DNA of 64,000 nucleotides from Leucoraja ocellata (taxonomy: Eukaryota). The first letter of the stretch is position 1. Each line of letters opens with the position of its first letter. This document shows positions 47,843 to 60,110 of the stretch, piece after piece. The translations under genes were made by a program, and so were the position numbers. The stretch is taken from positions 1,240,001-1,304,000 of the forward strand of contig JAWMAR010000277.1 of NCBI GenBank assembly GCA_036785375.1. Direction: 5' to 3'. Under the pieces are notes generated by a model. The model worked only from the letters and a program-made list of their open reading frames with translations, had not been told where the DNA came from and did no database searches.

Positions 47843-49678
47843 TTCTTTATCTGCTCTGTGGACAGCTTGATTATATTCATGTAGTATTTTCTTTGTCCGG
47901 ATAGCATGCAAACAAAACCCACTCATTGTACTTTTGTACAGGTGAAAATAATAAACTAAACTAAACCTACGCTAAGTAGATTATCCCGTTTTTATTTCTT
48001 AGCTCCACTCATAAAGGCTCACTGGATGATCCTTCACCAATGTCTTCTCAGACTACTGACATGATGTTTTCCTTAATCAACAAAGCAACTCTTCTCTTTA
48101 AATCCTGGCTCTATCACACCTGTAGCACCAGTACTTGGGAGCATTGTTGCCAGTCCTGACGCTCCCTAAGCCAGGTTTCAGTATTGACAATAATGTTCCA
48201 GTTGCAAGTATCTATCCATGCACTGAGTTCACCCACCTGAACTGTCAAGCCTCTTGCTTAAAAATCAATGCAATTTAATCCAACCATTCTTCTTTGTTCC
48301 CTTCCATGCTCTTGCTCATCCATCTAATGAAATCACTGGTGTTAACTTCTGTAGGTCCTATAGAATTAATTTGTGTATCCTTTTAATGAAACTAGATGGA
48401 TGTTGTCATGACCAGGCCTGTTCTTCAATTATAGTTTTATGTTAGAAAGTCTGCCTGATTGACTCACATTCTCCCTTTGAGACTAATCTAATGGATTAAT
48501 GTCCTACTAGCAGTCTTGACAGCACACAATCTAGACGGATTGCACAGTTATAAGAATGTAAAATGAAGTATGAGGCATTGCATTTTCTGAAGGAAAATTA
48601 AACTGAAACCTCATTCAGGCCAAAAGCAATAGAACAGGTGGCTCTGTCTTGATAAATGCCACCTGATATACTTTCTATCTCCAATATTTTCTCTTTTGTT
48701 TTCAGGTTTTAAGTATCCACAGCATTCTGTTTGTATGCACTGTTAGCAGATGAATACATTTAATCCAATAGTTTGCTCTTTGAGTAATATGCCTATTATA
48801 TTTTACTGAACATTTTCATGACCATATTCTTTTGACTTAATTCATTAGCTGAGCAGCAGTGAAGACATGTGAAATATAAGTTCTTTGATTTCTTTAGATT
48901 TGAATTGGGACAGCACTGCACATCACATCAAAAAGGGAAGAAGAAGCAAGGCACTAATTTTGAACAGGAATTTCTTATGAACTGAGGAACATCTCATATC
49001 ATTATTCTTCTGAATATAATTAGCAATTAAATCGTAACAAAATCGTTGACTATTTTTTTCTGTATAGGTTAACAGTATATGTATGGTTTGTGCATGATAT
49101 TTCTCAGTTCATATCTTCCTGCGCTGGCGTTATTCAGTGTTTAAGTGAATATACCTTTTCAGTGAGGAGTCCAGTCATATAAATTCCAGAAAATTATTAA
49201 CTTGTCTGCTTCACTTTTATAACCACTGAGTTATAGTGCAGTGAGCAGCGAACTCAGCTGAGAACTCTTTTTACTTGTTGAACTGATGGAAGAATTTAGT
49301 GCCTTGCTAAAAGGAGTAATTGTCAAAATCCTTTTCTGACACACCTGTATTGATTTGCACCTAAATTGACTTTTGGCTCTGCAGTAAAGAACGAGGATTG
49401 GTCCAAAGTTGTCTAATGAGAGATGACCCACTCTTGAAGCACTAGAGTCAACTGTCTGAGCTACCTTCACATTGAAAGTAGTTTTGCTATTATTGGAAAG
49501 AATATTTTCCAAATTCACTTTACATAAATGATAAAGATTTAAAAAAATGAGCATTGAATCCCAGAATAAGCATTCGTCCACATTGTGCAGAAAAACAACT
49601 GCTTCCCACCACACAATATTTTTGTCTTTCCCTTTGAACTCTGTTAAAATTGTGAAGTGAAAGTGACAACACAACTGG

Positions 49679-50014
49679 TAGACACACAATGCTGGAGTAA
49701 CACAGTGGGACAGGCAGCATCTCTGGAGCGAAGGAATGGGTGACGTTCAGTCAAGACCCTCCTTCAGACGGGAGTGGACGGTACAGAGATAAAATGTAGT
49801 CGGAGACAGTAAGACTGGTAGGAGAACTGGGAAGGGGGAGGGGATGGAGAGAGAGAGGAAGCAAGGGCTACTTGAAGTTAGAGAAGTCAATGTTCATACC
49901 GCTGGGATGTAAGCTGCCCAAGCGAAGTATGAGGTGCTATTCCTCCAATTTGTGACAATGGAGGAGGCCCAGGACAGAAATGTCAGATTGGGAATGGGAG
50001 GTGGAGTTAAAGTG
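49679..50014 (-). mobile_element. Penelope-like element 3' fragment (GIY-YIG endonuclease C-terminus plus hammerhead-bearing 3' region)
   Basis: Minus strand encodes HFNSTSHSQSDISVLGLLHCH/KLEE*HLILRLGSLHPSGMNIDFSNFK* (stop 49870-49868), followed by a pyrimidine-rich UTR and the ctgaagg..gggtcttgac..aacgtcacccattcc unit. Confidence 0.85.
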
Positions 50015-53000
50015 TTCTAATGCTGCAACTGACAGAATAAACACACTCACAAAATACACTATTATGTCTTGACCTGTTTTCATTTTAGAGGCAGGCAAGC
50101 ACTAAACAAAGACTTTAATCTTTAAGACCTGTCAATTTTACATTAGCGAGCAGCCGTACTGTTGCTCCATACAAAACAGCTACAAACTGACAGGAATGTA
50201 CAAAAATCAACAATTAAAACAATTCAAAGTTGCCAGAAAGTATCAGCTCAGAAGCACAAGATACTGTTGATGAAGATAAAAGCTTCCATTAAATAGAATA
50301 TTGCTGCATGCAGATTGCTGCAAATTGTTGATTGGTTAGGAGGTGACCACTACTTGCAACATATGTCTCATGAAAAAGCAATGACCATTTTCCGAATTTC
50401 TAAGTGAGCCACAACAACATGAATTTGAGTTACAGCACGCGATAAAATAGCACTAATGAAGTCAAGTGTGTGCCTGGGTGGAAAATGCAAAAGTAGATTT
50501 GGCAACAATTCAATATTATTTATCATCCATATTAACCATGCTTAGTAAACGTGTGCACTTGATTACATTGACACTGCAATCCGTTATTCCTCTTCAGTGG
50601 TTGAAATGCCATTTGTCAAATCACTAATGGTGTGTTCACCAATATTGAGGTAAACAATGCTGGGAAATGCAATATTTTCTTTGTAGCACCCAGTATATCA
50701 CAGAATAAGGTGGCATTAAACAGATTTTATGCCGAGTTTTAATTAGGACGTCTGGAATATGTTCAGATTGCAGTTTCAACCTATCTTTTCACCACCGGAA
50801 TGAGACGTTGCTTTGAGGCAGCTCTTTATCCTGAAGGGTTTACTGAAAGTAATTTAGTAGATTAATTATCTTTGTTACTTCTCTTTAGATGGTTAAATTT
50901 AAAGGGGTGGGGGATTCATTTAAAATGTTAAATAAAATGCACTTCACTAAACGAAGCAACATTTTGCATTTATGTTAAATTTATCCAATTTGTAACAATT
51001 TTAAATGCATGAAATCTAAGCTTGTTCAATAATGATTACCATTGCCTACCAAAGGGAGAAAACAGGAGGGAGGACCTTGCCTTGTCACCAACACTAAACA
51101 GGTGGACAACATAACCAGTTGCATTTACCTGAACCACCTTGAACAACCCTAATCACAACCCTACTTCAGCACTGAACCTCTATGGACTTTGCACAACTAT
51201 GGTTGCTTTACGTACTTCAATTTTGCACTGTCATGGTCTAGTTTACTTAGAATAACTAGTCATGTATTGTGCATTTGTTGTTGTTGTTGCCTGTGCCAGT
51301 AAAGTTGCAGCAAGTAAGAATTTCATTATTTTGATTCATATCATTTATATGACTCTCTTACCGACACATACTCAGTTTTGCGGAGCTGAACGGGAAGGAG
51401 GTGAATACAACTGGCAGTTACATTCCCATGCATGCTCAGTGCTGGCAATCAAAACTAATTTTCTCTCCCATATAGTGAATATAAATATTTTGCAGATTGG
51501 GTGAATTTTCACAATCCCAGAACAAAACACACAAATGGTGCAAAGTAGAATTCAGGACTACTTTTAATTGATTCTTGATTAAACCACTGACATGAGGTTT
51601 AACAACCACCTTACTCTAGGAATCACTTTGCTTGATTATTTTTCCTCTTAATTCCCCAATATGTTTATACTTCCTTAACAATACTCTGTGTGCAGTGGTA
51701 GCCTAATATGTATTCCCAGTTATCACCAAAGCATGCAAAAATTGGTTTATGAATACTGTTGTCTTAAGAGTTCATATTACTGACCCCATATAATTTTGTG
51801 TAACCAAGATAGTGAGATTTGCTAAGTTGTAAATATTGATTATCTATAGCAGCTTTGGACCAGATAAAGTGGTCTGCACTTAGAGGCATTTAAAATATTT
51901 AAATACAAAAAGGAATGATTAGACTTTAAGTTACCTCCATTCACTTGTAAAATGTTTTGGCACAGTCAGGATGGAAAACTCTTGTTATAAAATAAACAAC
52001 CATTGTGAAGTTTATGCTCTTGAATTGATCTTGAAAAAATCATTTTTCATTTTTCACATATATATTTAACTGAAAAATTCAGAAAACTAAGATCCATTTC
52101 AAATTGGAGTTTGTTTTCTGCTGAATAAAAAATACTCTGCCACCTAGGTGAAGATTACTTTCGTGGTGGGAGGAGAAAAATGTTTCAAAAAGCGCTGAAT
52201 TTTTGCTACTTCTAGAATGCAAAAGAATGTGATGTGAAAACAGTTTTCTGCAAATTAGCTTCTAATATTTCAATTAGTTGGAAGTACTTTTCTGCATAAT
52301 AAATAACCAAATTAAATGTTATTTTCAATTTGCCAAGAATAATAAGTAACAATTCAAACTAAAGTTCAATTAATATTGGCTAATGCACTCAAATGTCTAG
52401 GTAGGTTAACCGTGTAATCCCATAGTAGGTTAAGTTGATATAGTTTTGTGTTTACTTTAATGTTCTTTTTTTACCTGGAATATACATCAATATTTCTGTG
52501 GTCTTGTGTTTTTATGCATATTTTTACTTTGCTCCATTTGTTAGTATTGATTTTGGAGGCTTATGATTGTTTGGGTGCAGTTAAATTCATTTCTTCTTAT
52601 GAAATGATCAAGATTATTTGGGATAAATTGATGAAACCATTGAATGAAAAATAGGAATTTTTCTTCCAGATTGCCTGTAAGAATTTGAATCAAGAACTGG
52701 TGAGATTGTTGTTTCAATTCAAATTTGTTTACTATCTGCTTTCAGTCATTGTAAACTTCCTTAAAAGCTGGTCTCTAAATGAAACAAGGGATTACATTTA
52801 AACAAATCATAATGAAAAAGATTTAATAAATGAAAAAGGTTTCCAGTAACAGATAACAATATGCGTTTGCATGAAGACTGGATAGTCATCAGTGAAGATA
52901 TTGTCAATGTTTAGTTCATGAAAGCACAGTTGCCACGATTCAGAAATGCTTTTTTTAAATTTTTTTTTAGGTAAACTCTGTAATATCATCAACAGTTTCT

Positions 53001-53741
53001 TAGTTCATTTGTTATACATCCCTAATGATATTTTCCAATCATTTTCCACTGTTAGAAGCATTAAGACGCTGCTGAACTATTTGTCTTCATGTAACAAGGT
53101 GGGAGCTCATACCCAGTGTTATCATTATTGTTACATTAACCTTGTTATTGAGATGTTCACAGGAGTGGTAATTTTGGTCAGATGCATGCAATACCAGACT
53201 TGGTAATTTGGAGAGTGCAAGTGTAAAGTGTAAATGGGATTTGTCAGATGCATCCAATGTTTTTGCTAATCGTCATGGAAAATGATTGCAGGGCAGAGAA
53301 GTCAGTAGTAATCAGTGGATGATATTATTTCCTTTTGGCCTCGCAATTGAGGGAAGAACAACAGTCTACAGATTCTTACATTTCTTACATTTCCTGCCAC
53401 ATTAATTGTATTTATAATAGCTTATAAACGTAAAGCTGCATGAATCCCATAATTTCCATCATTCAATTTATTTATTTTGTTTTAAAATTCAAAGCTTCCA
53501 TTGCCATTCGGTCAAGCCTGCCCAGGAACAGCTAACAAAACATGGTACAGGAATAACAGCAGACACAGAAAAGATTGCCATGGTGTGATCTTCCACATTT
53601 CAATTGCTTTAGTTCAAAGATAAATATTTTTTTAATTTGACATCCAATCTTTCATTTACAATGTTTTAAATAGTTCACTAAATAAACAAATGAAAAGTCA
53701 AATTCATTCATTATTCATTTGCTGCACAGTCAAATTTAAAC

Positions 53742-53975
53742 AGGAGACACAGCAGATGCTGGAACCTTGAGCAAAACGCAAAGTGCTGGGGGAACTCAGC
53801 AGGTCAGGCGGCATCTAAGGAGGTAATGGACAGGCAACGTTTCGGGTTGGGACATCTGAAGAAGGGTCCCGACCTGAAAAATCAGTCTGAAGAAAGGTCT
53901 CGACCCGAAACATCACCTGTCCATTCCCTCCCCAGATGCTGTCTGTTCCGATGAGTTCCTTCACCGCTTTGCATC
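53742..53975. mobile_element. Palindromic Penelope-derived element with two tandem hammerhead-like cores on the + strand
   Basis: Cores at 53856 (ctgaagaagggtcccgacctgaaa) and 53887 (ctgaagaaaggtctcgacccgaaacatc) lie between inverted arms. Confidence 0.7.
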
Positions 53976-56900
53976 CTGTAAAATACGCTAGGTTCACAGG
54001 TTTATCTTTAAAGGTGCTCATTAAACACAATAGGTTGAGTACTAATTCACAGGGGATACTAATCTACTACTGACATACATCTCTATTGGGAAACAAATCT
54101 CATACATAAATGTTATTGCACTATTTGAATTGAATTAATGATTTGTAAAGATATCAACTTTTAGGGAAATATGACGGAATTAAAATTTGCTATGTGATAT
54201 ATGAGTACTTAACATTCATCTCAAATCCATCAATATGCTTGTTTAGTAGAGGCATTGTTGTAAATTAATCACGAGCTACACAATAACTTGATATGCTAAG
54301 ATTCAAATGATAATTTTTAGGCCTTAAATACTTAATATTAAATTGTGGTTGTTCAACGTTACGTGTTAAGTTATTCTCCACAAAACCATTGGTTATAAAG
54401 GTTAATCAATTAGGAACACTTAAGGTATTTCCATTCTTTTAGAACATTTCTTAAGTCTGTTGACCAGGATACACCTCATATCATTCCTCATCATTAGCTG
54501 CAGGAAGAATCTCAACATGAAATTTGACAGTGAGATTATTTCATTTAATTCTTATTAACTGGAACTCGTTTGAAAACCAGTCCCTTGTGGCATGCTACAG
54601 CAGGAATTACATCTCTTAAATGCTTATTACATAGTTATCGTACTATGTAACATAGTTTTTACATATTATAGAGATTTTGGTAGTGCATCAATAAATTAAA
54701 ATATCAGAAAGTGGAGTAAAATCAGAACAATGTTAAGACTTATTGGATGAAAGTGTGAACATCACAAACTCTGAACATTTGAAACATAATTTCAAAGAAC
54801 TGGATAAGACTAAAGCTGGAAACCTAAGTGGACACTAATATGTGGCATGTGGATAACTTTAGCTGAATAACATTTCTAACTATATCAAAGGGTGAATAGT
54901 CTCCCTTTGTGTTTGTTAACGCCATATGTCACGGGTATTTTTGCTTGGGTGAAAGAGGAAAGCTCTGTCATTTTGCATATCTCTGACTTTTGATGTTATG
55001 GTTATGTTTTTATCTAGGAAGCATTAATATATTGATGAGAAGCCAAATGCTAAATCAGATTGAGTTATTTCAACATGGAAACTCTGATTCAATAAGCCAC
55101 AGTGAAAGACAAAAGCAGTATCTGCTCTCAATATATCATGAGATCAGGCCTAATTTAATGGGGGATACAGGTGATAAAATGATATGGTTATATAGAAACT
55201 TATTTGAAACAACAAATTTTGGTATGAATACATTTTAAGCAGTTTTGTTTGCTGATTGAAAATATAAAAATGTCTTAGTCAAGTATGACTGTATCAAGAA
55301 ATTTTAAATGTTCACATCCGCATCTATGAAAACATGTAAAATAACAATATCCCAAATAAAAGAAAGATATTCATGATGATGAAGTTTGGCTCAGTTCTGT
55401 AAGAGTTTTCTGTTTTTGAACATCACTGAGTAAAAGTACCAGCATCAAGGGAATAGGGCTTAAAGATTGTGAACAACATCAGTGTTTCTCACAGAGAGAT
55501 TGTAACTTGAAATCCCACCCCTTTCCTCAGGAAACAAAGAGCATTAATATTTTAAATGCAGAGATTCATATATCTTCTGATATGCAATTTTTTGAAGCTG
55601 TAGAAATGTTACCATATCATGCAGATCTTCAGAGTGCAGATTATAGGTGTTAATAATAAGCTGAAATATATTTATCATGTATTTTACATTCCCAATTTCC
55701 TTTGATTATCATCATTCTTTATTCCCTACTGGCATTGTCTTCATGCTAGAGTATAGTTCTTCAGACACAGGATTCCCTCTGGTACATGTGGTTATTCCTG
55801 AGATATGAAAGCCACTGCTGGAGTGTTACAGAATTGGCAGAGATGAGAATGAGTAGTCAATAATTCGTTAAAATCTAATCTTGTATTCACCCACTGTAGC
55901 AAATACAATTCAGAGCTAATAAGTCTGCCTGATCTCTTTTCACTGTGTATGTGAGGTAAAGCCACTATAGAATTCCTGCTATTTCTCCAACTAAAATGAA
56001 GAAATTCAGCAGAGATCCTTATGGGGAACAGTGGTTCCTATTCTTCAGGATTATGGCACAGAATCAGTGTTGTTCTGTAGATAAGAAGAACATGGCTACA
56101 TTTTTATTCTTTAAACTGCACTTTTTGATTAAAGAGTGGAACTTAAAAGTATTTTAGCCGGAAGGAAATATTTTTGTGGTTTCAAAAAGAGCTTCCTGAT
56201 ATTTCCTGGCAACTTTAATATAAAATAGAACCACAGCCTTATTAAAGGTGATCTTATAACCTGGGATCTTATTATGAGTTGTAAGGAAGTATGCCTGACA
56301 ACATCATGATCTCCAGGCTAGTTATTAAGTTATGAGTATCTCACTTGGACACTGAGGTGAACAAAGCAGACTGGAGATATGTACTTTGTTACTTTTGGGA
56401 GCAAATAGCTTCAGAAAGAAGGGGAATAGTTATTCTCAAATGAAGTTTACATTGTACACAGCTAAATATTATCCATGTTTGGCTTGGAGCCCACTGACAA
56501 GCAGCAGTGTATTTTTTAATCTGTTGGAAATACAACAGGTGATTCTCATAAGTGCTTGATACAGATAGCGGACGTCTGGAGAAATCAGGGGCAAAGTTGA
56601 AGAAAACTGTACGACTTAACAGACATCTGAAACTGTGCCTTTTCTTCTTCAATGGCTCTTGTTTATGTGGTACCTGATAACTAGCTTCAAAGATCAAAGC
56701 AATAACAGATTGCTTTTTTTATTCTCAATTTGGATCTTGCGAAAGAATCAAGCGGGAGAGAAGATTTAATTTTTTTAATATATTGACTGATTGACTATTG
56801 TTTTCTTCACTGAGCAATCTACATTAAATTAAATCGATGTCATGTCTAAAGCAAACCCTTCAATGGGCAGGTTCTACTATCTGTTTAAAAGAACATTGAT

Positions 56901-58410
56901 CCCCAGATGTCACATCTACATCAAAATGAAATTAAACTCTTAATTGAGCAGGTCCCAGTAGATAGTGGACACTGCATTTGGTGCTTATAGTCACTCGATA
57001 TAGTGGCACCCTGCTTCCTGAAGATGCAATTTGGCTTATTGCTGGAATATGGAAAAATTGAATTACATCCCAAATGAGCAAATAATACTCGGAATAGTCG
57101 AGTCCTTGATGAACATAACCACTGATTAATTTATATTATTGTCCTATTTCGAAATGTGAATGCACGCTCACAATTATTTAGTCCTTCGATTCCTGATCTG
57201 TGCAATCACAATAGAAGTTTAAATATCATATCAAGCAGAGTCTAAAAGGGCTTGTTACATGACATGCGGTAAACTTGCTTCCCTGATCCTGAAACCACAA
57301 TGGAAATCTAATCTTGTAAGTATACTGATCTCCTGACTTACAGGATACAATGCTTGGGTTAAGTATGTGAGCAGGCGAGGACTTCAACAGCATTATAAGC
57401 ACATCATCCAGGTTCTTGATTTGTTTGAATGCATATGCTGATTTTTCACCTCTCAGCCGAAATGAGAGATTCCCATGGTTATTCTCTGAGGAAGGAGAAC
57501 ACAGTGCCACCACATTAAGTTATAGAGGCTCCATTAATAGATCTGCAACTGGGATTTACAAACCTGGCTGGTAATATCAATTAATTCACCAGTTCCAATT
57601 ATGCACAATTTAGACTTTGGCTGGAGGCATGGTGAAACTTCCGTTTACTTGTTTTTTCTTATCAACATTGTGAATTGCCATGTTATCAATTATTAGTTAA
57701 ATGGAAACAAGATGAGGCTACTGAAAGTTTCTTACAGGCTAGGTAGCGTTTAAAATCCAAGGAACCCTGAGCAACCAAAAAGGTCCCAAACTGCATGCAC
57801 ACTGAATATCTTTCAACAAACAAACTGGTGATACATTTATCTGTGCAATGTTTACTTTCTTCAGCACCAAAGCAGCACCCAATACAGTTCATGGGCGAGG
57901 CAGAAGATGAAAAGAAGAAAACATAGCCAAGGATTTCTGATTGGAAATAATAAAGGAAGACCACTTGAAAAGCCACTTGAAAGGACCGGCACTATTTATG
58001 GCACATGAAATAAGATGAAGAAATTTTGGGGGTTATGCAGCTTTTCAATCTGAAGATTATAGCATTTCCATTTAATATTAAAGCAGATGCAGAAACTTTA
58101 CATAACTCGAATGTTACAAAATACCAGAAAGTACCAAAAGATACAAAATCTTTTTGATCTGAAAATTACACATTAAACAACGGGACTAAATTCACATTTC
58201 ATTGCTTATAAAACATATAGTGCAGCTATGACAATGAGCTTCCACCATCACTGATGCCAAACAGCATTGCTAAACCTTTTGTCATCAATTTTGCAAACAA
58301 TTTTCATTTGCAGTACTGTCATGGTCACAAAAATAGATGAAGCTTGCATAATGCAAAATAAATCCTGCCCGTGATCGAGGCAGTCAGACATGGCAAAGAG
58401 AGAAAGTTCC

Positions 58411-58566
58411 TCATTTCTTGTGGAAGAGCAGTGGCTTCACCAGCCCAGCCAGGATCTTGGGTAACTGGGTGGTTATAATCTCTGACATCATCTCTGGAAA
58501 CTCCACACTCAGCGCCTGGGACTGAACAAATGTATTCAAGCAGAACTGATGCAGCTTCTTGACAAG
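58411..58566 (-). CDS. pgr: Progesterone receptor (NR3C3), terminal coding exon (C-terminal ligand-binding domain, AF-2 helix and F region)
   Basis: Minus strand reads ...gtcttttttcaatag|CTT GTC AAG AAG..., a phase-0 acceptor followed by [54 protein letters not shown] (51 aa). It aligns without gaps to the human PGR last exon as I recall it ([51 protein letters not shown]). It is too short to appear in the ORF track. I found no upstream exons in the window. Confidence 0.95.
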   Translation of the reverse strand, partial: LVKKLHQFCLNTFVQSQALSVEFPEMMSEIITTQLPKILAGLVKPLLFHKK

Positions 58567-58585
58567 CTATTGAAAAAAGACAGCA

Positions 58586-58797
58586 AAGTTCATAAGTGAT
58601 AGGAGCAGAATAAGGCCATTCGGCCTATCAAGTCTACTCCGCCATTCAATCACGGCTGATCTATCTCTCCCTCCTAACCCCATTCTCCTGCCATCTCCCC
58701 AATACCCATACTAATGGTGATTCTATCTATCTCTGCCTTACAAATATCCATTGACGGCCGCCACAGCCTTCTGTGGCAATGAATTCCACAGATTCCC
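58586..58797 (-). mobile_element. CR1 3' end immediately upstream of the pgr last-exon acceptor
   Basis: gttcataagtgataggagcagaataaggccattcggcc..gaattccacagattc is the reverse complement of a CR1 tail (cf. 30570-30697). Confidence 0.85.
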
Positions 58798-58934
58798 CAT
58801 CTGCTTTCCTTTACCTGTTTAACTTTCAACATTTTCTGAATGGATTTCTTCATTCACCAAATCTTATCAGCTGAGATTGAAGCCAGAAAATACCATTGGT
58901 GATAACCATGTAAAATCTTACACCTATTCATGGG

Positions 58935-59360
58935 GACACAAGAGACAGTCGATGCTGAAATCTTCAGCAAAACACAATGTGCTTGAGTAATACAAAGGGT
59001 TATGCAGCTTCTGGGAAGGGACAGGTGACGTTTTGGGTCAGGACCCTTCTTCAGACTGATGGAGTGGAGGGAGAGAGCTGGAAAAGAGGGGTAGAGGGTT
59101 GGACAAAGCCTGGCAAATGGTAGGTGGATAACGAGGAGGAGGATTTGAAGAAGGTCTTGACCCGAAACGTCACCTATTCCTTTACTCCAGAGATGCTGTC
59201 TGACCCACTGAGTTACTCCAGGCCTTTGTGTCTATCTTAGGATTTGATTGGCAACTGGGTGGAGTAAGTGACAAAGGCTAGGGGTGAAAAGAAAACAAAA
59301 TGATGTCAAATAAAGAGAGCAAAGTAGTGAAATATAAAGCCATAGGTGGATGTAGTTACG
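58935..59360 (-). mobile_element. Penelope 3' fragment with nested + strand hammerhead-like unit (59149-59238)
   Basis: The nested unit has TSD aggatttga (59140-59148 / 59239-59247) and starts within TGAAGA. Confidence 0.7.
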
Positions 59361-60110
59361 GGGGTTGGTTTGAACTACTACTCATAACACCCACCCATAA
59401 TTTTAGCCTTTAAATGTAAACATTGATCTTTTATTTTCATTGTAACAAAGAGTAAGCATCAGTAAGCATCAGAAAATGCTAAATATTTGCCCATTGATAT
59501 CATAGTCATCATTGGCAACGTATTTCTTTAAATAAGGAAGAAAATATAATGTGGTCACTGAAGAGGGACCAAGCCTTGGCTTGCAGGCTACTTTTGAGAA
59601 AGAGGACAACAAGAGCTATGTAACCACACAGAGTTAAACATGGCACAACAGACACAACATTTAAAAATCAAAAAACTTAGCAGATTCTTTTCCCTTTCGA
59701 ATTTCACTCTATAAAGATTGTAAAAAATTGTAGTTAATATTCAAATCAAAAATAATTTAACTAAAATCATTACACATTGTATGAAAGGGCATAACAGCTA
59801 CTTAGCATAGTTAGATCATGTTGCATTTAGACCATGGGCTGAGGTGCCTTTTAATTACATGTTGTGACCCACCTCCCATATCTACCTGTATTTATAACAT
59901 ATTGTGTAAAAATATTATAGAAATTATATCTGAAACTCGTCAAGAACAAAACCTGCCCATATTTTTAAAATATGGAAAAAACCTCCAAAATGTTGTCAGG
60001 TTTCCGAGTAGTAATTGTCCAATCAAAGCACGTTTGACATTGAGTCAGATGTCAATTGACCAATCACGCACTTTGTTTCAGGCTAGCTAGGCAGGGAGCA
60101 CACTGGGATC

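Larger units (their letters stand above)
43420..48290 (-). mobile_element. Long degenerate CR1 ORF2 hosting several younger insertions
   Basis: RNYRPINLTSVVG..QHGF..KAFDKVLH (44046-44369); APE-like remnants at 45325-45650, 46850-46960 and 48000-48290. Confidence 0.75.

Noticed and set aside
49231-49689. 152-aa minus-strand ORF, and a possible + strand micro-exon (ctctgcag|..KNEDWSKVV*)
   Set aside because: No recognisable protein similarity and no partner exons found.
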